This document shows positions 47,037 through 59,261 of a DNA stretch of 64,000 nt, piece after piece. The position numbers and the translations under genes were made by a program. The DNA is from an uncultured Clostridium sp. GTDB lineage: Bacteria; Bacillota; Clostridia; TANB77; CAG-508. The notes beneath the pieces were generated by a model. It ran no database searches. It worked only from the letters and a program-made list of their open reading frames with translations, and was not told the origin of the DNA. Numbering within the stretch: position 1 is the first letter of the stretch; each line of letters begins with the position of its first letter. The stretch spans positions 666 through 64,665 of the forward strand of contig CAYJKK010000005.1 in NCBI GenBank assembly GCA_964370905.1. The letters are read 5' to 3'.

Positions 47037-48843
47037 CTAACTCTAAACCATATTTTTTTTCTAACTCTGAAACACTTCCATGTTCTACATATTCATCTTT
47101 ATATGCCAAACATTTAATTTTCACATCTTTTATATTATTATCTATTATTAATTCTTTAACTGCTGTTGCTAAACCATTTATTATTGTACCATCTTCTATT
47201 GTTATAACGTTTTTAGTTTTTTCTATTGATTTTTTAATAGTCTCTACATCTAATGGTTTTAAAAATCTAACATTAATGACTTCTATATCTTCTTTATTTT
47301 CAGCATACTTCATTGCTCGTTCTACCATTTTTCCTATTGCAAGTATTGTTGTTTTATTTCCTTCTTTTAAAACTTCTGCTTTTCCAAGTTTTATTTCTTT
47401 TGATTTTTCAAAAGCATAACTTCCTTCTCCACCTCTTGGATATCTTATTACTACTGGTTTTTTTAACTCTAATGCAAATTCCATCATTTTATCTAATTCT
47501 TCAAAGTTTTTAGGAGCTAATATTATTAAATTCGGAACTAATCTAAAAAAAGCCATATCTAATAATCCTTGGTGAGTTTCTCCATCATTTCCAACTATTC
47601 CTGCTCTATCTACACACATTACAACTGGTAATTCTTGTATTGCTATATCATGAATTACTTGATCATATGCTCTTTGATAAAATGATGAATATACTGGTAC
47701 AAATGGTATTAATCCTTCTTTTGCCATTCCTGCTGCTAAACCAAAAGCGTGTTGTTCTGCTATTCCTATATCAAAAAATCTATCTGGATATTTTTCTGCG
47801 AATTCTTTTAATCCTGTTCCATCTTTCATTGATGCAGTTATAGCTACTATATTCTCATTTTTTTCTGCTAATTCTACTAATTTTTCACCAAAAGCTTTTG
47901 AATAATCTTTTTTCTTAGTTCCTGTTGGAAGTCCTGTTTCTATGTCAAAAGGACTTGTTGAATGGAACTTATCTGGTGTATTTTCTGCTATACTATATCC
48001 TTTTCCTTTTTTAGTAATTACATGTAGTAGGACTGGGCCTTCTAATTTTTTTGTAATTTCTAACATTCTTTCTAATTCTTTTGTATCATGTCCATCTACT
48101 GGACCTAAATATCTAAAACCGATATCTTCAAAAAACATTTTTGGTATTATTAGTTGCTTCATTCCTCTTTTTATTCTTCTTACAACTCTTATTATTACTT
48201 TACCAATGCCTGGAACTTTTAATACAATCCCTTTTACTATATGACTTGATTTATCATAAGTTTTTTTTGTTCTAAGTCTTGTAAGAAGCATATTCATTCC
48301 ACCTATATTTTTTGATATACTCATTTCATTATCATTTAATATAACTGTCATTTTTGTATTACTCCACCCAGCATCATTTAATGCTTCTAATGCCATACCA
48401 CCTGTTAATGCTCCATCTCCAATTACTGCTAAAACAGAATTTTCATCACCTCTTACATCTCTTGCTCTTGCCATACCAAGTGCTACTGATATTGATGTAC
48501 TACTGTGTCCTGTATTAAAACAATCTGTCTCAGATTCTTTTGTTTTTGGAAATCCTGCTATTCCTTTAAATTGTCTTAAAGTTTTTAATTCTTCTTTTCT
48601 TCCAGTTAATATTTTATGTACATATGTTTGATGTCCAACATCCCATATAACTTTATCAAGAGGCAAATCAAAAACACTATGAAGTGCTATTGTTAATTCT
48701 GTAACACCTAGATTAGATGCTAAATGCCCTCCATTTTTTGACACTATTTCTATTATATATTTTCTTATATCTTTTGCTAATTCTTTTTTTTCTTCATAAT
48801 TTAATTTTTTTAAATCTTCTACATTTTTTACTTTTTCTAACAT
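47020..48843 (-). CDS. dxs: 1-deoxy-D-xylulose-5-phosphate synthase
   Basis: 607 aa with GGHLASNLGVTELT, GHSSTS, the TPP motif GDGALTGGMALEALN, and AEQHA. Confidence 0.95.
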   Translation of the reverse strand: MLEKVKNVEDLKKLNYEEKKELAKDIRKYIIEIVSKNGGHLASNLGVTELTIALHSVFDLPLDKVIWDVGHQTYVHKILTGRKEELKTLRQFKGIAGFPKTKESETDCFNTGHSSTSISVALGMARARDVRGDENSVLAVIGDGALTGGMALEALNDAGWSNTKMTVILNDNEMSISKNIGGMNMLLTRLRTKKTYDKSSHIVKGIVLKVPGIGKVIIRVVRRIKRGMKQLIIPKMFFEDIGFRYLGPVDGHDTKELERMLEITKKLEGPVLLHVITKKGKGYSIAENTPDKFHSTSPFDIETGLPTGTKKKDYSKAFGEKLVELAEKNENIVAITASMKDGTGLKEFAEKYPDRFFDIGIAEQHAFGLAAGMAKEGLIPFVPVYSSFYQRAYDQVIHDIAIQELPVVMCVDRAGIVGNDGETHQGLLDMAFFRLVPNLIILAPKNFEELDKMMEFALELKKPVVIRYPRGGEGSYAFEKSKEIKLGKAEVLKEGNKTTILAIGKMVERAMKYAENKEDIEVINVRFLKPLDVETIKKSIEKTKNVITIEDGTIINGLATAVKELIIDNNIKDVKIKCLAYKDEYVEHGSVSELEKKYGLELGENDE

Positions 48844-48943
48844 TTCATCACCTTCAAATGCATTATATCACGTGTTTAACAATTAGTAAATATTTGCATA
48901 AAAAAGTTGTTTGTTCATATACTCTATTTTTAATATAAAAATA

Positions 48944-48968
48944 AAGTAGTATATTTTTTATTACTACT
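48944..48968 (-). terminator. Candidate clpC terminator
   Basis: - strand AGTAGTA-10 nt-TACTACT followed by TTTATTTTTAT. The stem is short and AT-rich. Confidence 0.4.
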
Positions 48969-48982
48969 CTATCTATTTTATT

Positions 48983-51436
48983 CTAAGATTTAATTACAAT
49001 ATCATCATCTTCAACAGTTATAACTGCTAAATTATTTACTAATATATTACCATCTAATATATTTTCTGCTAATTTATTTTCTACAATATTTTGTATTAGT
49101 CTTCTAATCGGTCTTGCTCCATAGGATTTATCTATTTCTTTTCTAATTATTAACCTCTTTACATCTTCTTCAATTTTTATTTTTATATCTTTTAACTCTA
49201 GTTTTTTTATTACATCTTCTAACATTTTATCAATTATATATTCAATTTCTTTTTTACTTAGTTTATTAAATATAATTATTTCATCTATTCTATTAATTAG
49301 TTCTGGTTTTAATTCTTTTTTTAATTCTTTTAATACATCTTTTTTTAATTCTTCATATTCTTTTAATTGCTTTTCCTCTTTTTCCTTTTCCTTTTCTATA
49401 TTTGCAAAACCTAACATTTTTTTATCCGTAATTAATCTAGCTCCTATATTTGATGTCATAATTATTATTGAATTTTTAAAATCTACTTTTCTTCCTTGTG
49501 AATCTGTTAATATTCCATCTTCTAAAATTTGAAGTAATAAATTCATTACATCTGCATGTGCTTTTTCTATTTCATCAAATAGTATTACTGAATATGGTTT
49601 CCTTCTTACTTTTTCTGTTAATTGTCCTCCATAATCAAAACCTACATAACCTGGTGGTGAACCTATTAACTTAGATACAGAGTGGCCTTCCATATATTCT
49701 GACATATCTATTTTTATTATTGCATCTTCATTTCCAAATAGATTTTCTGCTAGTGCTTTTGATAATTCTGTTTTTCCTACTCCTGTTGGTCCTAAAAAAA
49801 GAAATGATCCAATTGGCCTTTTAGGGTCTTTTAGTCCTACTCTACTTCTCCTTATTGCTTTAGCAACAGATTCTATTGCTTCTTCTTGCCCTATTACTCT
49901 TTCTTGTAACTTTTTTTCTAAATTTTTTAATTTTATATTTTCATCTTCTGTTATTTTATTTACTGGTATTTTCGTCCATAAAGATACTATTTTAGTGATA
50001 TTTTCTTCTTCAATTATATTTACTATTTTATTACTGTTATTTTTCCATTTTTCTTTTTCTATTTCATATATATTTTCTAAGTCTATTTCTTCTTTTCTAA
50101 GTATTGCAGCTTTTTCAAAGTTCTGCTCATCTGCTGCTTTTTGCTTTTCAAATATTATTTTCTTTAGCTTTTCTTCAATTTCTTTTAAGTTTTGTGGCTC
50201 TACATTTTTACTTAATTTAGCTTTAGATGAAGCTTCATCTATTAAATCTATTGCTTTATCTGGCAAGAATCTATCTGTTATATACCTACTAGATAACTCA
50301 ACTGCTGATTTTATTGCTTCATCTGTTATTATTACATTATGATGAGATTCATATTTATCTTTTATGCCTTTTAATATATTTATTGTATCTTCTTTAGATG
50401 ACTCTTCCACATTTACTTTACTAAATCTTCTTTCTAATGCTGCATCTTTTTCTATATATTTTGCATATTCATTTAATGTCGTCGCACCAATTAATTGGAT
50501 TTCTCCTCTTGCTAAAATAGGTTTTAATATATTTGCTGCATCTATTGCACCTTCTGCTGCTCCTGCTCCAACTATTGTATGAATTTCATCTATAAATATT
50601 ATTATGTTTTCTGCTTTTTTAACTTCCTCTATTGCTTTTTTTATTCTTTCTTCAAAATCTCCTCTATATTTAGCTCCTGCTACCATTCCTGAAATATCCA
50701 TAGAAAATATTATTTTATTTTTTAATATATCCGGCACCGCTTCCTCTGCAATTCGTTTTGCTAAACCTTCAACTATTGCTGTTTTACCTACACCTGGTTC
50801 ACCAATTAAACATGGATTATTTTTATTTCTTCTTGCTAAAATTTGTATTACTCTATCTATTTCTTCATCTCTACCTATAACATTATCTATTTTTCCATCA
50901 ATTACTTTTTGTGTTAAATCAGAACCAAATTGATTTAATGTCTGTATTTTAGGATATTTTTCTCCTCTTTTTTCTTCTTTATTAGATGTATCTATGTTTA
51001 ACTCTTCACCTTCTTTTATCATCTTAGTTAAATCATTATATACTTTTTGAATATTTATATCTAATTCTAATAGTATTCTAAAAGCAATACTATCGCCTTC
51101 TTTTAATATACCTAATAGTATATGCTCTGTTCCTATGTAATCATACCCTATTTTTTTAGCCTCTATATATGCGTTTTCTATTACATTTTTTGTTCGTGGT
51201 GTAAAACCATTTACTGTTCCTACTTCTTCTGTTCCTATTAACTCTATTATTTTACTTTCAATTTGCTCCTCATTTATCTCAATATTTTTTAATACTTTTG
51301 CTCCAACCCCATTTCCTTCTTTTGATAAACCATACAAAATATGCTCAGTTCCAACATAGCTATGTCCTAACTTAATTGCCAAATCACTTGCAATTTCTAT
51401 AGCTTTTTTAGCTCTTACTGTAAATTTATATATCAT
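48983..51436 (-). CDS. clpC: ATP-dependent Clp protease ATP-binding subunit ClpC
   Basis: 817 aa with two Clp_N repeats, two AAA modules ([16 protein letters not shown]), and a UVR-like linker ([21 protein letters not shown]). Confidence 0.95.
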   Translation of the reverse strand: MIYKFTVRAKKAIEIASDLAIKLGHSYVGTEHILYGLSKEGNGVGAKVLKNIEINEEQIESKIIELIGTEEVGTVNGFTPRTKNVIENAYIEAKKIGYDYIGTEHILLGILKEGDSIAFRILLELDINIQKVYNDLTKMIKEGEELNIDTSNKEEKRGEKYPKIQTLNQFGSDLTQKVIDGKIDNVIGRDEEIDRVIQILARRNKNNPCLIGEPGVGKTAIVEGLAKRIAEEAVPDILKNKIIFSMDISGMVAGAKYRGDFEERIKKAIEEVKKAENIIIFIDEIHTIVGAGAAEGAIDAANILKPILARGEIQLIGATTLNEYAKYIEKDAALERRFSKVNVEESSKEDTINILKGIKDKYESHHNVIITDEAIKSAVELSSRYITDRFLPDKAIDLIDEASSKAKLSKNVEPQNLKEIEEKLKKIIFEKQKAADEQNFEKAAILRKEEIDLENIYEIEKEKWKNNSNKIVNIIEEENITKIVSLWTKIPVNKITEDENIKLKNLEKKLQERVIGQEEAIESVAKAIRRSRVGLKDPKRPIGSFLFLGPTGVGKTELSKALAENLFGNEDAIIKIDMSEYMEGHSVSKLIGSPPGYVGFDYGGQLTEKVRRKPYSVILFDEIEKAHADVMNLLLQILEDGILTDSQGRKVDFKNSIIIMTSNIGARLITDKKMLGFANIEKEKEKEEKQLKEYEELKKDVLKELKKELKPELINRIDEIIIFNKLSKKEIEYIIDKMLEDVIKKLELKDIKIKIEEDVKRLIIRKEIDKSYGARPIRRLIQNIVENKLAENILDGNILVNNLAVITVEDDDIVIKS

Positions 51437-51539
51437 ATTAAAATTCCTCCTAACAACTATAATATATTAATATTTTATTATATGCTTTTAATATTTTAAT
51501 TTCACTTTATATTCACTTATTCTCCTTTAAATTTTCTAG

Positions 51540-51680
51540 CTATTCTATTTTTTCTAACTTTTCTACAATTTCTTTTTGTTTTTCTATATCTACCCATTCA
51601 AAATATTGTGGTACAAATCCTGCTTTTTCTTCCTCTTTCTCATTTTTCTTTTTTACAATTTGTTCTCCTTTTTTATCCAT
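51540..51680 (-). CDS. Candidate small ORF (46 aa) upstream of clpC
   Basis: My own translation is MDKKGEQIVKKKNEKEEEKAGFVPQYFEWVDIEKQKEIVEKLEKIE*, with the SD AAGAGG ~9 nt upstream. I recognised no family, and it is below the track cutoff. Confidence 0.3.
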   Translation of the reverse strand: MDKKGEQIVKKKNEKEEEKAGFVPQYFEWVDIEKQKEIVEKLEKIE

Positions 51681-51820
51681 TTTCTCAACCTCTTTTCATT
51701 TTTCATACTTAAAATATTCACATATTTACTTATTTTATACATCTTTTATCTAAACTACTTTAATTTTACTTAAATATATGGTATAATCTTAGTATAGCTT
51801 ATATCAAAGGAGGTTTATTT

Positions 51821-52264
51821 ATGTGGCAAATTTGGTTAATAATAGCTGGTGTATTTTTAATATTTGAAATGATGACACATGGTTTTTTAGTATTTTGGTT
51901 TGCAATAGGTGCTATTTTTGCATTACTTACAAGTTTTGTAACAGATAATATTATTATTCAAACCACTGTATTTATTGTTTCATCTACAATTCTAATTTTT
52001 GCAACTAAACCATTAGTTAAGAAATTTTTACATATTGATGATGAAAAAACAAAAAATACTTTTTCAATTATTGGAAATACAGGAATAGTTACAGAAGATA
52101 TAGATTCTGTACACTCTACTGGTCTTATCAAATGTGGCGGAGAAATTTGGTCTGCTGCAAGTTTAGATATGACAAATATAAAAAAGGATACAGAAATAGA
52201 AGTAGTTGAAATTAGAGGAGTAAAAGCAATTGTTACCCCTACTAAAGTTCACTCAAAAGTTTAA
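51821..52264 (+). CDS. nfeD: NfeD-family membrane protein
   Basis: 147 aa with two or three N-terminal TM helices and a C-terminal OB-like segment (GLIKCGGEIWSAASLD...EIEVVEIRGVKAIV). It is upstream of an SPFH gene. The SD is AAAGGAGG. Confidence 0.85.
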   Translation: MWQIWLIIAGVFLIFEMMTHGFLVFWFAIGAIFALLTSFVTDNIIIQTTVFIVSSTILIFATKPLVKKFLHIDDEKTKNTFSIIGNTGIVTEDIDSVHSTGLIKCGGEIWSAASLDMTNIKKDTEIEVVEIRGVKAIVTPTKVHSKV

Positions 52265-52277
52265 AGGAGGTTTTATT

Positions 52278-53186
52278 ATGGTATTTTTAATTATTATGTT
52301 AGCTATAATTTTTGTAATAGCTATGATGTCAATAAAAATTGTTAAACAATCTGAGGTTTATATAATTGAGAGGTTAGGTAAATTTTATAAAATAGCTGAT
52401 GCTGGTCTTACAATTATAATTCCATTTTTCGATCATGTAAGAAGTGTTGTTAGTTTAAAACAACAAACAATGGATGTTCCACCTCAAGGTGTTATCACTA
52501 AAGATAATGTTACTATCACAATAGATACTGTTGTGTTCTATCAAATTACAGATCCTGCAAAAGCAGTTTATGAAATTCAAAACTTAAAAAAAGGTATTGA
52601 ATATTTAGCAATAACAACTATTCGTGATATTATTGGTAAAATGGATTTAGATGAAACATTTAGTTCTAGAGATGGTATTAATAACAGATTAAGAATTGTT
52701 TTAGATGAAGCTACTGATAAATGGGGATGTAAAATCGACAGAGTTGAAATTAAAGATATTACTCCACCTGCAGATATCAGAGATGCAATGGAAAAAGAAA
52801 TGAATGCTGAAAGAAATAAAAGGGCATTAATATTAGAATCTGAAGCTCAAAGACAAGCTGCTATTACAATTGCAGAAGGTAACAAACAAGCTGCAATATT
52901 AGAAGCTGAAGCTGATAGAGAATCTCAAATAAGACGTGCTGCCGGGGAAGCTCAAGCTATTAAAGAAGTAGCTGCTGCTAAAGCAAGAGAAATTCAAATG
53001 GTATATGAAGCAATGAAAAATGCTGCTCCAGATGATAAATTAGTTCAATTAAAATCTTTAGAAGCTTTAGAAGAAGTTGCAAAAGGTGAAGCTAATAAAA
53101 TATTTATCCCTTTTGAAGCAACATCTGCACTTAGTTCTTTAGGGGCAATTAAAGAAATAATGACTGATAAAAATGATAAAAAATAG
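52278..53186 (+). CDS. SPFH/band-7 (stomatin-like) protein
   Basis: The ATG at 52278 follows the SD AAAGGAGG; the track ORF starts at 52230. Contains VKQSEVYIIERLGKF, TKDNVTITIDTVVFYQI, and a coiled Ala/Glu-rich C-terminus. Confidence 0.9.
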   Translation: MVFLIIMLAIIFVIAMMSIKIVKQSEVYIIERLGKFYKIADAGLTIIIPFFDHVRSVVSLKQQTMDVPPQGVITKDNVTITIDTVVFYQITDPAKAVYEIQNLKKGIEYLAITTIRDIIGKMDLDETFSSRDGINNRLRIVLDEATDKWGCKIDRVEIKDITPPADIRDAMEKEMNAERNKRALILESEAQRQAAITIAEGNKQAAILEAEADRESQIRRAAGEAQAIKEVAAAKAREIQMVYEAMKNAAPDDKLVQLKSLEALEEVAKGEANKIFIPFEATSALSSLGAIKEIMTDKNDKK

Positions 53187-53206
53187 TTATTTAATATAAC
53201 TTATAC

Positions 53207-53240
53207 AAAAAAATAAGACTAGTTATAGTCTTATTTTTTT
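53207..53240. terminator. Bidirectional terminator
   Basis: AATAAGACTA-gtta-TAGTCTTATT, a perfect 10-bp stem flanked by A7 and T7. Confidence 0.75.
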
Positions 53241-53274
53241 ACATCTATATTTATTCAATTATTTTTCTTAATTT

Positions 53275-54589
53275 CTATTTAATATTTTCTACTATTTTTT
53301 GTATTTCCCCTATTAAATATAACGGAATATTTATTATTTGTTCCTGTCTTTCATATTTTGCAGCAGAAGTTCTAACATTTATTTTATTATCAAATTTGTT
53401 TATAAATGTTTTTAAACTTTTAGCCTGTAAATTTGTTTCTGCTTTTACTTCTATAGGTACATTACATCTTCCTATTTGGCATATAAAATCTATTTCTGAT
53501 ATTCCAACTTCTGGTGAATAATAAAAAGGTTCTAAATTAGTAGTACTTTTAATTTCACATAATACATATTGCTCTGCTAAGCTTCCTTTAAACTCTTTAA
53601 ATATTTCACTTCCTTCTAATAATATACCTATATCAATATTGGCTTTGGCAGTCAATAACCCTACATCTAAGATATATAATTTAAAACTATTAAAATCCTG
53701 ATAAGCAGATATTGGTGATTTATTATCATTTACTCTGTTTATTTGATAGATTAAACCTGAATCAATTAGCCATGATAAAGCGATTTCATATTCTCTAGCT
53801 CTTGCTCCTGTCTTAATTAGACCATATATAAATTTTTTATTTTCTTTTGCAAGCTGTGTAGGAATATTATTCCATAATGCTCGTATTCGTGGAACTATAT
53901 TAGTTGGTGCATATTTTGAAAAGTCTTGTTCGTATGCAATTAATAATTTATTTTGTATATCACGTACTAATTTCAAATCTTTATCCTTAATGTATGCTCC
54001 TACAACTTCTGGCATTCCACCAATATAATAATATAATTTTAAATATTCTATTATCTTTTCATGATATATGCCTATTAAATCTATATCTATATTTTCTATT
54101 ATATTAGATAATTCTTTTTTACCTATAGCTACTAAAAACTCTTTAAAACTTAGTGGTGTTAGATCTAAAAAATCCACTTTTCCTACTGGAAAAGATGTTC
54201 CTTGATGTATTGCAACACCTAATAAAGAACCTGCTGAGACAATGTGATAATCATTTTCATTTTCATTAAAATATTTTAGTGCCTTTAACGCTCCGTGAAT
54301 TTTCTTGAATTTCATCAAATATTATTAATGTTTCTCCCTTTTCTATATTAATTCCTGATTCTATTTTTAAAGCCTGCATTATTCTATCTATATCAAATTC
54401 AGAATCAAATATGTTCTTCAACCTATCATTATCATCAAAATTTATATATGCTACATTTTTATAATATAGTCTACCAAATTCTTTCATAAGCCAAGTTTTT
54501 CCTACTTGTCTTGCTCCCCTTATAATTAAAGGTTTTCTACTAGGGTTATTTTTCCATTCTAGAAGTTCTATTATTTTACATCTCTCCAT
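53275..54589 (-). pseudogene. Second AAA+/DUF4143 ATPase paralog, interrupted by a +1 frameshift
   Basis: Track ORFs 54266-54589 (Walker A RGARQVGKTW, ..IIFDEIQENSRSVKGTKIF*) and 53275-54318 (..KKIHGALKALKYFNE..) overlap. Removing one A from the A4 run (+ strand T4 at 54300-54303) gives FDEIQEIHGALKALKYF, colinear with FDEVQVSENFIVSLKYF of the intact paralog at 7005-8312. The C-terminal motif is EIDFICQIGRCNVPIEVKAETN. Confidence 0.8.
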
Positions 54590-54681
54590 ACTTCCACCTC
54601 TTAATTTTCATTTTTTACTTTCCTATACATTATATATTAACACTTTTTCGGTTAAAAGTAAAGTAATCTAATTGTTCTTTT

Positions 54682-54768
54682 CACATTTTTGTAACGACTT
54701 TATTTCCACTTCTACACATTTTTCAAACGACTTTCACAGATACCTTACACATTTTTAAAACCACTTTT
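54682..54768. repeat. Three 33-bp-spaced repeats upstream of the second DUF4143 paralog
   Basis: CACATTTTTGTAACGACTTT (54682), CACATTTTTCAAACGACTTT (54715) and CACATTTTTAAAACCACTTTT (54748). A weaker fourth copy, CACTTTTTCGGTTAAAAGTA, is at 54641. Confidence 0.8.
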
Positions 54769-54861
54769 TATGTTTTATTATTATTTTATATCGTAAATAT
54801 AGCTATTACCATATTTTAACTTTTTTCCATCATAATCCTTTATTTATTCATAAAACTGTGA

Positions 54862-56193
<1,332 letters not shown>

Positions 56194-56237
56194 TATATAA
56201 TTAATAATTATCACTATTTAAAGCTATTTTAAATAGA

Positions 56238-56275
56238 AATAAACAACACTATTAAATTAGTGTTGTTTATTTTTA
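56238..56275. terminator. Bidirectional terminator between eno and the convergent DUF600 gene
   Basis: AATAAACAACACT-attaaatt-AGTGTTGTTTATT, a 13-bp perfect stem followed by a T run. Confidence 0.8.
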
Positions 56276-56278
56276 TAT

Positions 56279-56881
56279 TTAATTTACTATAAAGTCATCT
56301 GCTCTATATCCAATTATATTTTTTTTATCTTCTAAATATATGCCTGCTTCATAATACTCTTTATTTTCTAAAGTTTTAGGTCCTATTAAATATGAGTTTA
56401 TAATCTTTTTTTCATCTTTTTTCATTTTTTCTGTTCCCATATCTAAATTTTCATATCTCCATACAACATGTCTTTCATAGCTATTTAGAATAGAATTTGA
56501 TAAATTTGTATAATCATATGTAACTTTAAATTTAGCATTTTTAATATTTATAGTTATATTACTCCATTTTTCTCCAGTTTGATTTATCAACTGTTCCCTT
56601 AATTCTTTTATTTTCTCATATAACTTTTTTACAATTTTAATATATTCTGATTCATCTAAATTAAATTTATTAGGTATCTCATATACATTTACTAACTTCT
56701 TCTTGATTATTCCCTTCGGATAATAGTAAAAAAATAACTCTCCACTACTTCCATCTTCTTGAAAATTATCTAATACTGATGCATATAAATGTAGTTCTTC
56801 CCATTTTTCTGGTATCATATAATATATTTTTTTTTGTATATCATTATATATTTCTTTTACTCTTTTTGTATGATTTAACAT
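56279..56881 (-). CDS. YezG/DUF600-family immunity-like protein
   Basis: 200 aa. IYNDIQKKIYYMIPEKWEELHLYASVLD....GELFFYYYPKG ... YEIPNKFNL ... LYEKIKELREQL...GEKWSNITINI...FKVTYDY matches the layout of the staphylococcal/Bacillus DUF600 (TIGR01741, YezG) family as I recall it. The start codon is 1 nt after the gpmI stop. Confidence 0.7.
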   Translation of the reverse strand: MLNHTKRVKEIYNDIQKKIYYMIPEKWEELHLYASVLDNFQEDGSSGELFFYYYPKGIIKKKLVNVYEIPNKFNLDESEYIKIVKKLYEKIKELREQLINQTGEKWSNITINIKNAKFKVTYDYTNLSNSILNSYERHVVWRYENLDMGTEKMKKDEKKIINSYLIGPKTLENKEYYEAGIYLEDKKNIIGYRADDFIVN

Positions 56882-56882
56882 T

Positions 56883-58430
56883 TTATTTATCCCTTACTAA
56901 TAAACTTTCACCATCCATTTGAGCTGGTTTTTCTAATTTCATAAGCTCTAACATTGTAGGCGCTAAATCTGCTAATTTACCATTTTCTTTTAATGTAAAT
57001 AATCTCTCTTTAGTTACTAATATTAATGGTACTTTATTTGAAGTATGTGCTGTATATGGTTCACCAGTTTTTGTATCTATCATTTGTTCTGCATTTCCAT
57101 GATCTGCTGTTATTAACATATTTCCTTCTACTTCTTTAACTGCTTCTACTACTTTTCCTACACATTCATCTACTACTTCTATAGCTTTTTTAGCTGCTTC
57201 TAAATTACCGGTATGTCCTACCATATCAGGATTTGCATAATTTAAGATAATACAATCATATTTTTTAGCTTTTATTTGCTCTACTACCTTTTCTGTTACT
57301 TCATAAGCACTCATCTCTGGTTTAAGATCATATGTTTCAACTTTAGGTGATGCTACTAATATTCTATCTTCCCCTTCATATTCTTGTTCTTTTCCACCAT
57401 TTAAGAAAAATGTTACATGTGCATATTTTTCTGTTTCTGCAATTCTAAGTTGTTTTAATCCTTTTTCACTAATATATTCTCCTAATGTATTTTCTAATGT
57501 TTCTTTACTAAATGCTACTTCTACATTTGGCATTGTTTCATCATAACTTGTAAAACAAATAAATTTTAAATTCAAATCTTTTTTTGTTTCAAATTCATTA
57601 AAATTAGGATCTACTAATGCTCTTGTTATTTCTCTTGCTCTATCTGGTCTAAAGTTAAAAAATATTACTGAGTCGTTTTGCTCTATTTTACCTGTAAAAT
57701 TTTCTGTTTGAGATATTATTGTTGGTTCTACAAATTCATCAAAAACTTCTTTTTGGTATGAATCTTCAATAGCTTTTGTACTGCTACTAAATCTTCTACC
57801 TTCTCCATTTACCAGTGTATCATAGCATTTTTTTACTCTTTCCCATCTTTTATCTCTATCCATAGCATAAAATCTTCCAGAAATAGTACCTATTTTTCCT
57901 ATCTTTTTATCTGCTATTTTTTCTTCTAAGTTTGACAAATGCATTTCAGCAGATGCTGGCGCTGTATCTCTTCCATCTAAAAAAGCATGTATATATACAT
58001 TTTCAAAATCTCTCCTTTTAGCAAGTTCTAATAAACCATATAAATGTCTTTCATGACTATGAACTCCTCCATTTGAAAGTAATCCTAATATATGTAATTT
58101 ACTATTATGTTTTTTACAATTTTCTATTGCTTCTAAAAACTTAGCATTTGAAAAAAAGTCTCCATCTTCTATAGATTTAGTTATTCTTGTTAATTCTTGA
58201 TATACAATTCTACCAGCTCCAATATTTGTATGTCCTACTTCTGAATTCCCCATTTGTCCTTCTGGAAGTCCTACAGAAAGTCCACTTGTGTTCATACTAA
58301 CTGTTGGGTATGTATTCATTAACTTATCTATATTTTTAGTATTTGATTGTTTAATTGCATTTCCAATAAGTTCATTACTATTTCCATATCCATCTAATAT
58401 CATTAACATTGTTAATTTTTTATCTATCAT
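56883..58430 (-). CDS. gpmI: 2,3-bisphosphoglycerate-independent phosphoglycerate mutase
   Basis: 515 aa with LMILDGYG, GNSEVGHTNIGAGR and ITADHGNAE. Confidence 0.97.
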   Translation of the reverse strand: MIDKKLTMLMILDGYGNSNELIGNAIKQSNTKNIDKLMNTYPTVSMNTSGLSVGLPEGQMGNSEVGHTNIGAGRIVYQELTRITKSIEDGDFFSNAKFLEAIENCKKHNSKLHILGLLSNGGVHSHERHLYGLLELAKRRDFENVYIHAFLDGRDTAPASAEMHLSNLEEKIADKKIGKIGTISGRFYAMDRDKRWERVKKCYDTLVNGEGRRFSSSTKAIEDSYQKEVFDEFVEPTIISQTENFTGKIEQNDSVIFFNFRPDRAREITRALVDPNFNEFETKKDLNLKFICFTSYDETMPNVEVAFSKETLENTLGEYISEKGLKQLRIAETEKYAHVTFFLNGGKEQEYEGEDRILVASPKVETYDLKPEMSAYEVTEKVVEQIKAKKYDCIILNYANPDMVGHTGNLEAAKKAIEVVDECVGKVVEAVKEVEGNMLITADHGNAEQMIDTKTGEPYTAHTSNKVPLILVTKERLFTLKENGKLADLAPTMLELMKLEKPAQMDGESLLVRDK

Positions 58431-58448
58431 ATTAATTTTTCCATCCTT

Positions 58449-59201
58449 CTATTTATTATAATTAACTATTTTTTCAAATTCTTCTACCTTCAAACTAGCT
58501 CCACCAACTAATCCTCCGTCAATATCACTCATTTCAAATAACTCTTTTGCATTATTTGATTTTACACTTCCCCCATAAAGAATAGATATATTTTCTGATA
58601 TTTGAGTTCCATATAATTCTGCAACTTTTTTTCTAATTGCTTTTATTGAATTATTTGCATCTTCACTTGTTGCTGTTTTTCCTGTTCCTATTGCCCATAT
58701 TGGTTCATATGCAATAACTACTTTGCTCATTTGTTCATTACTTATTCCTTCTAAAGCTAGTTTAGTTTGAGTAGTTATTATATCTTCTGTCTTTCCAGCT
58801 TCTTTTTCTTCTAACGTTTCTCCAACACATACTATTGGTAATAATTTAGATTCTAGTGCTGATTTCAACTTTTTGTTTACTATTTCATCTGTTTCTGCAA
58901 AATATTGTCTTCTTTCTGAATGACCAAGTATTACATAGTCTACATTTATTGATTTTAGCATATTTCCTGCTATTTCTCCTGTATATGCTCCTGATTTTTC
59001 ATAATGCATATTTTGAGCCCCAACTTTAATATTTGTTCCTTGCACTGTTAGTAAACTATAAAATAGATCTGTATATGGAACACATAATACTACTTCATTT
59101 TCTGTTTCTTTAACATATGGTGCTAATTCCTCTATAAATTTAATCGCTTCATTAGGAAGCATATTCATTTTCCAATTTCCTGCTATTATTTTTTTTCTCA
59201 T
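58449..59201 (-). CDS. tpiA: Triosephosphate isomerase
   Basis: MRKKIIAGNWKMN starts at ATG 59201 after the SD GGAAGGAGA; the track begins at the TTG at 59219. Contains LGHSERR, AYEPIWAIGTG and GGASL. Confidence 0.97.
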   Translation of the reverse strand: MRKKIIAGNWKMNMLPNEAIKFIEELAPYVKETENEVVLCVPYTDLFYSLLTVQGTNIKVGAQNMHYEKSGAYTGEIAGNMLKSINVDYVILGHSERRQYFAETDEIVNKKLKSALESKLLPIVCVGETLEEKEAGKTEDIITTQTKLALEGISNEQMSKVVIAYEPIWAIGTGKTATSEDANNSIKAIRKKVAELYGTQISENISILYGGSVKSNNAKELFEMSDIDGGLVGGASLKVEEFEKIVNYNK

Positions 59202-59261
59202 AATTGTTTCTCCTTCCAATTAATAAAATTAATATCTTAAATATCACACTTATTGTATACT

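Noticed and set aside
48844-48982. Riboswitch (e.g. TPP) or T-box upstream of dxs, and more generally upstream of tgt/queA and folA/thyA
   Set aside because: The leaders are short and AT-rich, without the conserved cores (e.g. the CUGAGA of TPP, or the T-box AGGGUGGNACCGCG). An Infernal/Rfam scan would be needed to exclude them formally.
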